DNA of 63,928 bases, the filler included, from Octopus bimaculoides (lineage: Eukaryota): the NCBI RefSeq assembly GCF_001194135.2. It is 4 parts of 4 records of this genome, joined end to end, with 100 filler letters (N's around TTAATTAATTAA, not from the genome) between each part and the next. Parts side by side here need not be neighbours in the genome. Positions count along the whole stretch, not along the records: positions 1 to 30,358 come from NC_068986.1; positions 30,459 to 39,244 come from NC_068995.1; 2 more parts are not named here. One strand, given 5' to 3'. Every line of letters starts with the position of its first letter. Position 1 is the first letter of the stretch. Position numbers and translations under genes: made by a program. The notes beneath the pieces are model-generated. The model had not been told where the DNA came from. It saw only the letters and a list, made by a program, of their open reading frames with translations, and did no database searches. Of this stretch, positions 25,036-36,329 are shown piece after piece.

Positions 25036-25627
25036 ATTTAGGGCGCCTATTCTTCAAGAATGTTTTCTGTCTGAAATAAGTAGAAAATTATTAAAGAACA
25101 TACATCAATTATTAAGTATGTCGAAATTCACCAATATATAATTAAAATACTATGATAAAATTGCGTTTCAGCCTAATATATGATATTAGATTCTATGTGA
25201 GGAGTGGTGAATGCAAATGTTGGTCTTGCTTTGTCGTTAACCATTATTTTGATCATTAAGTAAACTACCTGGAAGTTTGTTTGTGGTCTGCACTAACTCG
25301 GACACCAACGATGAACTGGAGGAAATGAAGATACGATATTTTGAACCCGCTAATAGAGTAATCTCCTTGTTGTTATTCTCGAAGTCTGTCTAGCAATGGG
25401 CCTTTCACGTGCAAACGTTTTTCATCTGTACATTTTGATAAACAGTGACACTACACAAGGAAAGGAGTAATGGAAGGGCTGCATGAAGAAGCCGTGTCCG
25501 GACACTTAACACAACTTGAACTCTAAATGCACACACAGGTCAAATGGTGCTACTAAACTAAGCGATAAAATCAACATCAACAGTTCAGGCAATAGTTATT
25601 TGTAATAACTTTCTTTATATTGATTAG

Positions 25628-25828
25628 GTGTTGATTGGAACTACCAAATCCATAATCGAAAAGTTGATCCGGGAAAAAGGTGCTAATAAGCTAGAGTTTG
25701 GAGATTATTTGAACGCCATGAAACAAAATAAGTTTATCCAGATACCTAGCAATGGTGTTATCAGAAGAAAGAAATCATTGTCGTCTTCGTATAGTGGGAT
25801 TTCTGATGGGCGAACATTGACGAGTACG
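25628..25828 (+). CDS. Exon 4 of uncharacterized secreted protein (201 nt, phase 0-0)
   Basis: Acceptor ttctttatattgattag, donor ACG|GTAAGA. Encodes VLIGTTKSIIEKLIREKGANKLEFGDYLNAMKQNKFIQIPSNGVIRRKKSLSSSYSGISDGRTLTST (ORF track 25628). Confidence 0.85.
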
Positions 25829-26340
25829 GTAAGATTCATTTTTAATAAAACTAGAGCAGGAAAATTGACATTATATAACGGAATCTTCGTTCAAATCTAG
25901 CTAAAGGAAATATGTATTATATGTATGTATAACACTTAAAAAAATCAAACGGCTCATATACTGACTGAAATGTAAATAGAAACACAAAACAAGGTTAACA
26001 GTCCAGAAAAACCATTCAGACATACTGGATTATCATGTCTTCCATCTAAGTGGGACATAAAGTGTTATATAAACTGCCTCTCACCCTCTTTTAGCACACA
26101 CACACACATATAACCAGAATACGGAGTTTAAAATATTTTATTAAAACAAATTATTTATTTCAATGCTAATCTATTATTATTATNNNNNNNNNNNNNNNNN
26201 NNNNNNNNNNNNNNNNNNNNNNNNNNNNNNNNNNNNNNNNNNNNNNNNNNNNNNNNNNNNNNNNNNNNNNNNNNNNNNNNNNNNNNNNNNNNNNNNNNNN
26301 NNNNNNNNNNNNNTATTTTTTTTTTTTTATTTTTTTTTAG

Positions 26341-26562
26341 GCGAAGAGAATTGAATCATGGTTTAAAGGAGACTTACTCAATGACCAAGATGTTTTTGAA
26401 GCAGCTGAAATCAACTTAGAGGATTTTAAAAGGCTTGTTAGTACTACTGGTGCAGCCATCCGGAGTTTTGAAACCTTTTTTTATGTCAACCAATATTTAA
26501 CTCGTGAAGTAGTAAACGTTGGGATTTTGAGATATCCTGAACCAAAAAAACCCTATTTTCAG
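26341..26562 (+). CDS. Exon 5 of uncharacterized secreted protein (222 nt, phase 0-0)
   Basis: Poly-T acceptor ending ag at 26339-26340, donor CAG|GTATTT. Encodes AKRIESWFKGDLLNDQDVFEAAEINLEDFKRLVSTTGAAIRSFETFFYVNQYLTREVVNVGILRYPEPKKPYFQ. Confidence 0.85.
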
Positions 26563-28165
26563 GTATTTTATAAACTTTCTTTCTAAGATATTCAACGCCC
26601 CCACCCCAAATGTTTAAAAAAAAAACAAAAATCTTTTCACTGCTTCATTTTCATCATACTAACACCAATCATCATAGGCGTTTCCAATTTGATATTTCTG
26701 ATAAACATATAGATCTACACGCTGATTCGAACACCAGACCTTTTGATTTTCTATCGGAAAATTCTTTTTAAACAGCAAGCGATATTTTGACAGATTGAGT
26801 AATGACACCAGCAAAAATCTGGCCAATGAAACTATACGTAAACATGTCCCGCATTTTCGAGTGATAACGTCAATAGATCTGTTCAGTCAGGTTTTTTTCT
26901 GAAGTATATAAAAAGAGACAAAATTTGAAGAGAAAAGTCAGAGATTGACTGGAAGAGAGTTTGGATATCAAGAGCTTAGCGATGCCAGTAGTAAAGCGTA
27001 ATGACCGGTAAATTCTTACATTCCGCGGAGACTCCACAGTTACAACTGTTGAAATGCTGTGTAGTGAAAGAACTGCATACACTAACACTAGCACTCTCAC
27101 AACTTTCACGAAAATAATCTTGCTTCTCTTAACGGACATTCTACTACTATAAACAGAATTTTCCTACGTTACTTTCTTTTCTTTTTGTGGGACCGTCGCG
27201 TCTCATTAAAGCTTTCAACAATAAAACAGATAATGAATTGAAAGCGAATGACTACTCTTCTTACTCATTCAGCACTCATCCATCTTAATGTTTAAATACA
27301 TTTTACAGTTATTGTAATCTTAACGCAATCCGGTAGAACAGATTTCTAATTTTAGAAGTCTCATGGTCTGTTGGTCTATGACTGATAATTTTAGAAGACT
27401 CAAGATCAGTAGGCTACAAGCCAAGCAGCTATTGCCACTGGAAATATTACTTTTACGCGAGGAATAATATTATTGTAAACTAAAACGAACCACACTTGTT
27501 GTTTTAAACCTAAAATAACACAGGTTAAGGATATTTTATCACAAAGGCTGTGAATTTAAATTAGTTCTAAATGTATTTTTATTTGAAATGAAATAAAAAA
27601 TTTTGTTGAAGTTAAAGGTACGAGAAAGTGAAATAAAGCATTTTCCCCCTAACATTCCATAGTCGAAGAAATGTGTTATTTTAAGTAACATTTAGAAGTT
27701 ATCTTTAAGTTTAAAATAAGAAGCTACTCATAAAGGGATCCATTAGACTTTGTGTATTTTAGTGCTGATATCATTTAGTTGCTTTTCCCCAAAATCTTCC
27801 ATTTTTATATAAGCTTTTTCCTTCTTGAAACATTATGTTTTATTGAGATGGAATTTAAATTCACCGTTTGCATAGTTAAGTAGAGTCAAACCTCTATAAA
27901 ACTAACCTTGCCAGAACGCCACGGTACTCATTTTCTTGTGGTTTTTAATTGCATATTTCTGCGGCCATGATCGAACACCGATTCAAAGGGTTTTAATCGA
28001 ACAAATCACGCCCCAGGACTTACTTTTTAAAGCCTAGAACTTATTCTNNNNNNNNNNNNNNNNNNNNNNNNNNNNNNNNNNNNNNNNNNNNNNNNNNNNN
28101 NNNNNNNNNNNNNNNNNNNNNNNNNNNNNNNNNNNNNNNNNNNNNNNNNNNNNNNNNNNNNNNNN

Positions 28166-28199
<34 letters not shown>

Positions 28200-28201
<2 letters not shown>

Positions 28202-28365
28202 GACGAGCTTCTTTCAGTTTCCGTCTACCAGATCCACTCACAAGGATTTAGTTGGCCCGAGCCTATAGGAGAAAACACTTGCCCAAGGTGTCATGCAGTA
28301 GAACTGAACCTGGAACCATGTGGTTGGGAAGCAAGCTTCTTACCACACAGCCAAGTCTACGCCTT
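28200..28365 (-). mobile_element. SINE family C (CORE/MIR-like) copy
   Basis: Reverse complement of tggctgtgtggtaagaagcttgcttcccaaccacatggttccaggttcag...ttgggcaagtg. Related copies at 33800-33955 (+), 44410-44540, 49965-50110 and 58350-58480. Confidence 0.75.
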
Positions 28366-29164
28366 GTTAAGTAAATGATTTCCCGAAAATAAAGAAATGA
28401 TTTATAGTAGTAAATGACTTGCCGAAATGATCTCAGTTGACTCACTGTAACAAATCATCAATTCTATGCTATTTCGTTCCTACTTTAAATATAGAAACAC
28501 ACAGACATACCAAGTGTATTGAAGCAATAAATATCCTGAGTAACACATTATGTTGTAATACTTCAAACACATTACACAACGCTCTCTTTAAGTTAAATCG
28601 GCTTTGACGGGAAAGAAAAATGTGTAACAGCAATTCTATTTTACTAAACACTAATATGTAGCTTATTGTTTATCGAATAGCTTATGTACTATTTACGATT
28701 CATCGAAATAAAACTATAGTAGAAGCCTGTAAGTGGTCGCCCCAAAGATTAGCAATAGCAGTCAAATCGCCCTCAGATCATACAATCGTTAAAGAAACAG
28801 CAAGAATACATAATATAAAGTAGTTCTCGATATCATGTGCCTGAAAATATTATACACCATAGCTAGTACATTTTTAACCAGAGAGCTGCTCGATTAGGAA
28901 TAATCTTGGGGATAGATTAACGACAATGTGAAAATATGACAGAACGCATCAATTGTCTGTTGCATTTGGTCGATTTATTCAGATTTTTTTTCATAAATCT
29001 AAATTCTTGTAGAACGTAATAAAATCTTATTTTGCCCTCCTCATATAATACTAGCATGGAAAGAGAACAGTTATTCACCTTTTATCAAATGAGCGTTGTA
29101 GATGTTCTTTTAATTTTATATTTCACTAATTAATTCTCTGTGTATTTTATTGATCTTATTCTAG

Positions 29165-29356
29165 ATGTATCGTATCAAGCTGTCTGCGTACAAACACACT
29201 GAACGTATACTGTTTATCGAAAACACAAGCAGTGGCATTTCTGGAAATTTTGAAATGTATAAATTCGTTCCAAGTAAAGGCGTCATAGAGGCACTTGATC
29301 CCAATTATTTCAATAGGTTTATTGCTTCTGCAATTGGCTCCCTTGGAGAGTTGTAA
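29165..29356 (+). CDS. Exon 6 (terminal) of uncharacterized secreted protein
   Basis: Acceptor ttttattgatcttattctag. Encodes MYRIKLSAYKHTERILFIENTSSGISGNFEMYKFVPSKGVIEALDPNYFNRFIASAIGSLGEL* (ORF track). The six exons sum to 927 nt, i.e. 308 aa plus stop. Confidence 0.85.
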   Translation: MYRIKLSAYKHTERILFIENTSSGISGNFEMYKFVPSKGVIEALDPNYFNRFIASAIGSLGEL

Positions 29357-29374
29357 TAAGTCTATTTATAAAGG

Positions 29375-29600
29375 GCAGCGTGCTGGCAAGGGCGAAATGC
29401 TTAACGGTATTTCGTCTGCCTTTACGTTCTGAGTTCAAATTTTGCCGAGGTCGACTTTGTCTTTCATCCTTTCGGCGTCAATTAAATAAGTACCAGTTAT
29501 GCACTGGGGTCGATGTAATAGATTTAATCCCTTAGCCTATCCTTGATTGTCCGTCCCCTCTATGTTTAGCCCCCTGTGGGCAATAAATAAATAAATAAAT
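29375..29600 (+). mobile_element. SINE family A copy just 3' of the stop codon
   Basis: Family A core with (AATA)n tail at about 29582-29599, which could supply AATAAA poly(A) signals. Confidence 0.85.
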
Positions 29601-29989
29601 TTATCTATAACCGGTTATGCTGAGTTGTTTTTCTTATTATTATCATCATCACCATCATCACCGTTCTTGTCAATTTTGTCCGTGTGTCACGCTTACGCCA
29701 AGGAAGGTAATGACTCTAATGTAGAAATGTATATGTACAGAGAGAGAGAGAGAAAGTCTCTATATTCTACAATAATGAGTTCAAATAGCAGGCATTGTCG
29801 AAATGTTTAGCATAATGAAACAATGTCACGAAGATCCATAAATTAAAAGATATATCGACAGATGTTTAGATTCAAGTGAAATAACCGTAGGTAGCAAAAG
29901 CATATGGAAAAGACCACGGTAACCTTGGCCAATAATATCATGTAGAAAAATACATTACAGTAAGTGACTCTCTTTTTAGCTTTTTTTTT

Positions 29990-30358
29990 TCTGGTTCATA
30001 GGGTCATGCTCAAGGTGGCTCCGTCATCCACACGTGCCATCCTTGCTACATTCACCCATCTTTTCTTGAAGCATTCAGTAGACAGAACTTCCCTCTCTTA
30101 CTTTCCTCTTCAAGGAATGCTTGAAGAAGTTCATGAGAGATTCACCAGAGAGGAAAGTGTTTGTCTCTAGACCTTTCAGACGCGTACACCATACACATTC
30201 ATTCGCCATAGTCACAAGTACAAGGAAAACAGCTCTTCCTTCCCGTTTGAAGGAAGGAGGCACAACAATATTCAAGATAGAGTCGGCTGATAAACTGACT
30301 CGTCCCACACGTAATAGCAGTCGTTCGACATAAGCCCACAGATCGGAAATGCTTGTAC
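29990..30358 (-). mobile_element. 3' end of an L1/Tx1-clade LINE ORF2
   Basis: Minus-strand LWAYVERLLLRVGRVSLSADSILNIVVPPSFKREGRAVFLVLV...NFFKHSLKRKVR, then by frameshift ECFKKRWVNVARMARVDDGATLSMTL*. 5' part lost in a gap. Confidence 0.65.
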
Positions 30359-30489
30359 NNNNNNNNNNNNNNNNNNNNNNNNNNNNNNNNNNNNNNNNNN
30401 NNTTAATTAATTAANNNNNNNNNNNNNNNNNNNNNNNNNNNNNNNNNNNNNNNNNNNNTCGAAGACACTGTCAACAACATTCTTGTATA

Positions 30490-30525
<36 letters not shown>

Positions 30526-30561
30526 GAAAAATACACACATACATATATGCATACACAGTTC

Positions 30562-30593
<32 letters not shown>

Positions 30594-31564
30594 TGTATGT
30601 ATGTATGTATGTATGTATGTATGTATGTATGTATAACTATATGCATACAGACAACATACATACACACATCTGTACACACATTTCAATGCATGTAATTTAT
30701 TCTGTTTATAAGCGGCATACATAGTCTTGATATGAATATTGTTTTGTCTTGAAACAAGATCAAAAATAAATTGATTACGTCTTATATCGAAATGTAAAAG
30801 GAGGAATTTATATCAGCCAATGCTAAATCGTATGTCCGTCCAGTAATTAACGAAGCTTATAAGTTTCTACATTTAATTTAGAGAACACGTTATAATTATT
30901 CCAGATACGAATAGACTCAAAATTGCAATGTATTGTTCCACATGCACTCATTAACTTGGGTTTCAAGCAAAAGCAATCAAAAAGATTGTTTACATGCACG
31001 TAACATATAAATATATCAAAATCGATTTATTCATTCGTGAATATAACATCATTGAAATCTATGTAACGCTATTTTTCACTGTCAGAATAATTAATCCTGC
31101 GAAACTGTTATCGTCTCTTCAATTTATTGCTCCCCTTCTGCGGGCATATGTAGCTGTTTATGATGAATGAGAATAGAACTACCATATATAGTCTTTAGTG
31201 TTGTGAAATTATAAACAATTTGCTCAATAGACACAATTTTCATAATTCTCTTTTGGCAGTCAACGACAGCCATGCATTTGTGTATCAAATATATGGCTGG
31301 CTCATAATTTATTGACCAAAGAGGGATGAAATGCGAAGTCACTTTCAACGCAATTAGAACAAGTCAGTGTTTCTTACTCAAATTCATACATTGTAATGGT
31401 ATGTATAAACGTATCTATCCACAATACATATGCGTTTTGCTATCACCATTTTCAAATTCTGCCGAGGTCGATTTTGTCTTTTCACATCCAAAATGGCTAC
31501 CACACGCAATTATACTCTAATGACACTAAACACAACACAAAATTATGCTACAATGATACCAAAA

Positions 31565-31970
31565 TACAACAAATGATAATCAGATGGAGCTAAATCAGGA
31601 GAATAGAGACGGCTATCAACCAGTTCAAAGCCACAGTCATGCACAGCAGCCATTAAAGCCAATGACTTGTGTGCTGAAGCATTGACCTGATGAAACAAGA
31701 CCTCTTTTGCCAGGTTTCTTGGACATTAGTCTTAATAGCCTTTCGTAATTGTCTCAGCAAGTTGGCACCGTGCTCATGGCCTTCTTTGGAGCAGGTGACG
31801 AGTTGTATTTCCACTGCATGGATTGTCTCTTTGCCTCTAGCTCAAATTGGTGAAGCAAACCTTCATCCCGGGCTAGGAAATGTTCAAGGAAACCAGCTGG
31901 ATCTGCCTGAAACAATGTCAGATTTTCTCATAATGTGATTAGCCTGGTGCGCTTTGATGAGGTGTGAGAA
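31565..31970 (-). mobile_element. Mariner transposase remnant (second family)
   Basis: TPHQ(K)RTRL..ENLTLFQADPAGFLEHFL..EAKRQSMQWK..SSPAPKKA and YSPDLAPSDYHLF motifs, with frameshifts and stops. Confidence 0.85.
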
Positions 31971-33799
31971 GGAAAAACTAAACTCAAAGACGAACGCGCA
32001 GAAGAAAATAATGAAAATAATGAAGTGCAATAACAAAAAGAACAACTGACCCCAGTTTCCAGAATACCACTAACAAAAACTCTGCATAAAAAAGCAACAT
32101 GAAACTTTTCAGAGGCTTATCATCAGGAACTAATTGACAGTCATAGGTTTGGTTTCTTCATTGTGTGCATTAGAATATTTGCAGTTTTGAGAGATTTAGA
32201 GTGCCTAAAAAGTTAAACCCATTAAATTAATAGTTCCTGTTAGGTCGCTAACGCTGAGTTCTATTCTGCACGAACTGAAAGCAATCTCATGCGGATAAGA
32301 ATAAAGAACGAATTGGAAACAGATGTAGTGTGTTGGTTTCACGGACAGAGATTATAAGTTCTCTCGTAAGAATAAAATAGCTTAATATTGTTACTGTTGA
32401 GTAAAGATGAAAAGTTCGGAGAACAAAGCATCTCAGTATAAGTTGTCAAATATTAAATTTGATACACTAGAGACATTGGACATCATGTAGTGTATTTATG
32501 GTGTGCCTGCTTGTTCCAGACAAGTTGTAAACATTCTAGAACACATATACATATACATACATATACGCGCGCTTATGTATGTATATATGTATGTATATAC
32601 ATGTATATACATACATACATACACACACGCACACATATGTATATATATANNNNNNNNNNNNNNNNNNNNNNNNNNNNNNNNNNNNNNNNNNNNNNNNNNN
32701 NNNNNNNNNNNNNNNNNNNNNNNNNNNNNNNNNNNNNNNNNNNNNNNNNNNNNNNNNNNNNNNNNNNNNNNNNNNNNNNNNNNNNNNNNNNNNNNNNNNN
32801 NNNNNNNNNNNNNNNNNNNNNNNNNNNNNNNNNNNNNNNNNNNNNNNNNNNNNNNNNNNNNNNNNNNNNNNNNNNNNNNNNNNNNATATATATACACATA
32901 TATATATTTTATAACTATGTATGTATACACACACATGAACAGTAGTTGAACTGTTTAGCATTTGACTTGACCCAGAAACAGGAGAGAATAACATGAGCAT
33001 CATAGTTCTTAATGCAGCGATGTAAAATTACTTTGACAAAGCTATTTCCAGCATCGGATGTGAGAATAGTGAAAGAGGGAAAGACACACATGCACACACA
33101 AAAATGTATATAGACAAACAGTGAAAGATAGTAAGACAGATAGAGAGGAAAGGAGAGAGGGAGAGAGAAAGAGAGAAAGCCACAGAGAGAAAGAGAAGGA
33201 AAAGATGGTTTAGATAAAAAGAACTTTCACTGAGACAGTATAGTTGTACAATAACTTCTAGTTTTTTTTAATGTTTGAAGGATATTAATTAGCAGCGCGT
33301 CACCTTTCGCCTATGAAGCTGGAAGACAATACCATATCTGTCTTTTCCAGTAGGAAAACTACGAGTAGTTTGTCTGGGACTTGTTTTTCTTTTTTCTTTC
33401 TAGTTATTTGTAAAACAGCATAATTTACTTCGACAAGGGGACAAAACTAGGACGGAACTTTGAAAATATAGAAAGAAAACAGTTCCTCCCAGAGGACTCC
33501 AACCTTGTACTTGTGATAAATTCCGGGTGACCGTATTAGAGAGTATATTACAGAGCAATTCTATGTCTTGTCAAATGAGGTTAAAAATTTATTACACACA
33601 TAACACACGCGGTCACACACGCATGTACGAAGACCATTTAACCATGGTCTTTAAATAAGAAACCCACCTAAAGCATGGAAAAATCCAACTATATGAAACT
33701 GTACAAGGAGAGTAAATTTTGTAGATTGACGAAGCCAACTAATAGGGAAACTTTAAAGAATCATTGTCAATAAGATTATATATTATATATAAGCACTGG

Positions 33800-33955
33800 T
33801 GTGGCTGTCTGATAAGAAGCTCGCTTCCCAACTACATGAGTCCAGGTTCAGTCCCACTACGGAGCACCTTGGGCAAGTGTCTTCTACTTTAACCTCGGGT
33901 CGACCAAAGCCTTGTGAGTAGATGTGGTGGACGGAAACTGAAAGAATCCCGTCGT
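33800..33955 (+). mobile_element. SINE family C copy abutting a Penelope-like element
   Basis: ggtgtggctgtctgataagaagctcgcttccc...gacggaaactgaaagaatcccgtcgta. Confidence 0.8.
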
Positions 33956-33957
33956 AC

Positions 33958-35165
33958 GGTGATTCCACACCACGAAGGACTTCTTTCCCTCAAACACTTC
34001 CTAGACCTTCGACCCAACCCCCAACGTGACACGGCTGCACTTCTTCGTCTGACCGAATTCGTTCTCTCCCTCAACTGCTTCTCGTTCGCAGAGGAGTCTT
34101 ACTAACACTTCTCGGGAGTGGCCATGGGAAAGTGAATGGGCCCCAGCTATGCGAACCTGTTCATTGGCTTATTGAGGCCCAAATATTTTCAGGATTCACT
34201 GGTCCCACTACCGAACTATGCGGTCGTTATATTGATAACCGTATCGGTGCGACCTCGCTCTCTCGCGAACAACGAGACTCCTTCCTCTCTTTTGTCCTAT
34301 GCTTCCATCCTGTCCACGAATTCTCCTGTACCATTTCCAACACTTTCGTTGCCTTTCTCGACATTTCAGTCAACATACACAACTCCACTGTCACTACCTC
34401 CATCCACTACAAACACACCGACTCACATTCATATCTCAACTTCTCCTCCTCTCACCCTACCCACACCAAGCTCTCCATCCCCCTACTCCCAATTCTTCCG
34501 TCTGCGCAGGCTCTGCGCCATCACCCGTCTCCCGTTCCCCTCCCCGCCATTACCCGTCTCCCGTTTCCTCTCCCCGCCATTATCCGTCTCCCGTTTCCTC
34601 TCACCTACTATCCTCCTCACCCTGCCCCTCTAACGCACAATTCTCCGAGCCTTCCGGCAACTCCAGCCCGACCCCTCTACTTAGCACATCTTCCCCAACC
34701 TACCCCTCTCCTCCTTCAAAGGAGCCCACAGTTTCTTCCCTAACCCAATCTCCTACCTTGGCTCGTTCCCCTGCTCCCGCCCACGCTACCACACTTATCC
34801 CTGCCTCTCCAACAGCATCATCCTCACAGGCACCCATCATCGTCCCTGTCATATCACTGACTCCTTTACATGCATGTCTAGCAACGTCATTTACTGCATT
34901 TCTTGTTCCTTCTGTCCTTCTCTGTACATTGGTCAAGCGGGACGCCGCTTGGCTGACCGGTTCACGGAGCATGTCTGAGACATTAGACTCGGCAACGACA
35001 CCCCGGTCTCGCGCCATTTTCGCGCTACCGGTCATTTATTACAACACCTGTCTGTGTGCGGAGTGTTTTTGCACAGGGACCATCCGGACTCCCGCCTTCG
35101 CTGTGAACAGGAATTAATCTTCTCTCTTCACTCCTTTGCGCCACATGGGTTCAACACCCCTCTTC
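33958..35165 (+). mobile_element. Penelope-like element (RT C-terminal half plus GIY-YIG endonuclease), degenerate
   Basis: TEFVLSLNCFSF..GVAMG.*MGPSYANLF; RYIDNRIG; VAFLDISV; HYKHTDSHSYLNFSSSHP; then FTCMSSNVIYCISCSFCP.LYIGQAGRRLADRFTEH and EQELIFSLHSFAPHGFN. Confidence 0.9.
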
Positions 35166-36329
35166 ATCTGACTCCCCTCCCTTCCTCTCCTCTCTTTATC
35201 TCACACCTACCCCTCTCCACTCCTACCCACCTCTCTTCTCCTCTCTTGCCTTGACACCTACTTCCTCTCTTCACTTCTATTCACCTTCTCACTTCATCGA
35301 TACCCCCATCCACACCCTACTACTACACATCTCAACCCCACCACCCCAACCCACCCGTACAATCCTACTCGCACATACCACACCCCTGCCACTACATCCT
35401 CACCCCAAACCCACACCCCACCCTCACNNNNNNNNNNNNNNNNNNNNNNNNNNNNNNNNNNNNNNNNNNNNNNNNNNNNNNNNNNNNNNNNNNNNNNNNN
35501 NNNNNNNNNNNNNNNNNNNNNNNNNNNNNNNNNNNNNNNNNNNNNNNNNNNNNNNNNNNNNNNNNNNNNNNNNNNNNNNNNNNNNNNNNNNNNNNNNNNN
35601 NNNNNNNNNNNNNNNNNNNNNNNNNNNNNNNNNNNNNNNNNNNNNNNNNNNNNNNNNNNNNNNNNNNNNNNNNNNNNNNNNNNNNNNNNNNNNNNNNNNN
35701 NNNNNNNNNNNNNNNNNNNNNNNNNNNNNNNNNNNNNNNNNNNNNNNNNNNNNNNNNNNNNNNNNNNNNNNNNNNNNNNNNNNNNNNNNNNNNNNNNNNN
35801 NNNNNNNNNNNNNNNNNNNNNNNNNNNNNNNNNNNNNNNNNNNNNNNNNNNNNNNNNNNNNNNNNNNNNNNNNNNNNNNNNNNNNNNNNNNNNNNNNNNN
35901 NNNNNNNNNNNNNNNNNNNNNNNNNNNNNNNNNNNNNNNNNNNNNNNNNNNNNNNNNNNNNNNNNNNNNNNNNNNNNNNNNNNNNNNNNNNNNNNNNNNN
36001 NNNNNNNNNNNNNNNNNNNNNNNNNNNNNNNNNNNNNNNNNNNNNNNNNNNNNNNNNNNNNNNNNNNNNNNNNNNNNNNNNNNNNNNNNNNNNNNNNNNN
36101 NNNNNNNNNNNNNNNNNNNNNNNNNNATATATATATATATATAAAATAGGGAAGGCCGGTTTCTGGGATTACCTTAGGGTTCCCGCCCGTAAAGTGTTTA
36201 GCTTTATGGCGTATCGTCAGATACCAAAACCCTGTTAGCCCATACGGAGGAGGAAATGCCTCACAACTCAAAAGTTACATTTAGGGATTATCTCCCTTTG
36301 CTATTGGCCATCGTCTTCCGGCAGTGCTG

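Noticed and set aside
34299-35117. 272-aa Pro/Ser-rich ORF
   Set aside because: Off-frame reading of a C-rich Penelope element; the true RT and endonuclease motifs lie in other frames.
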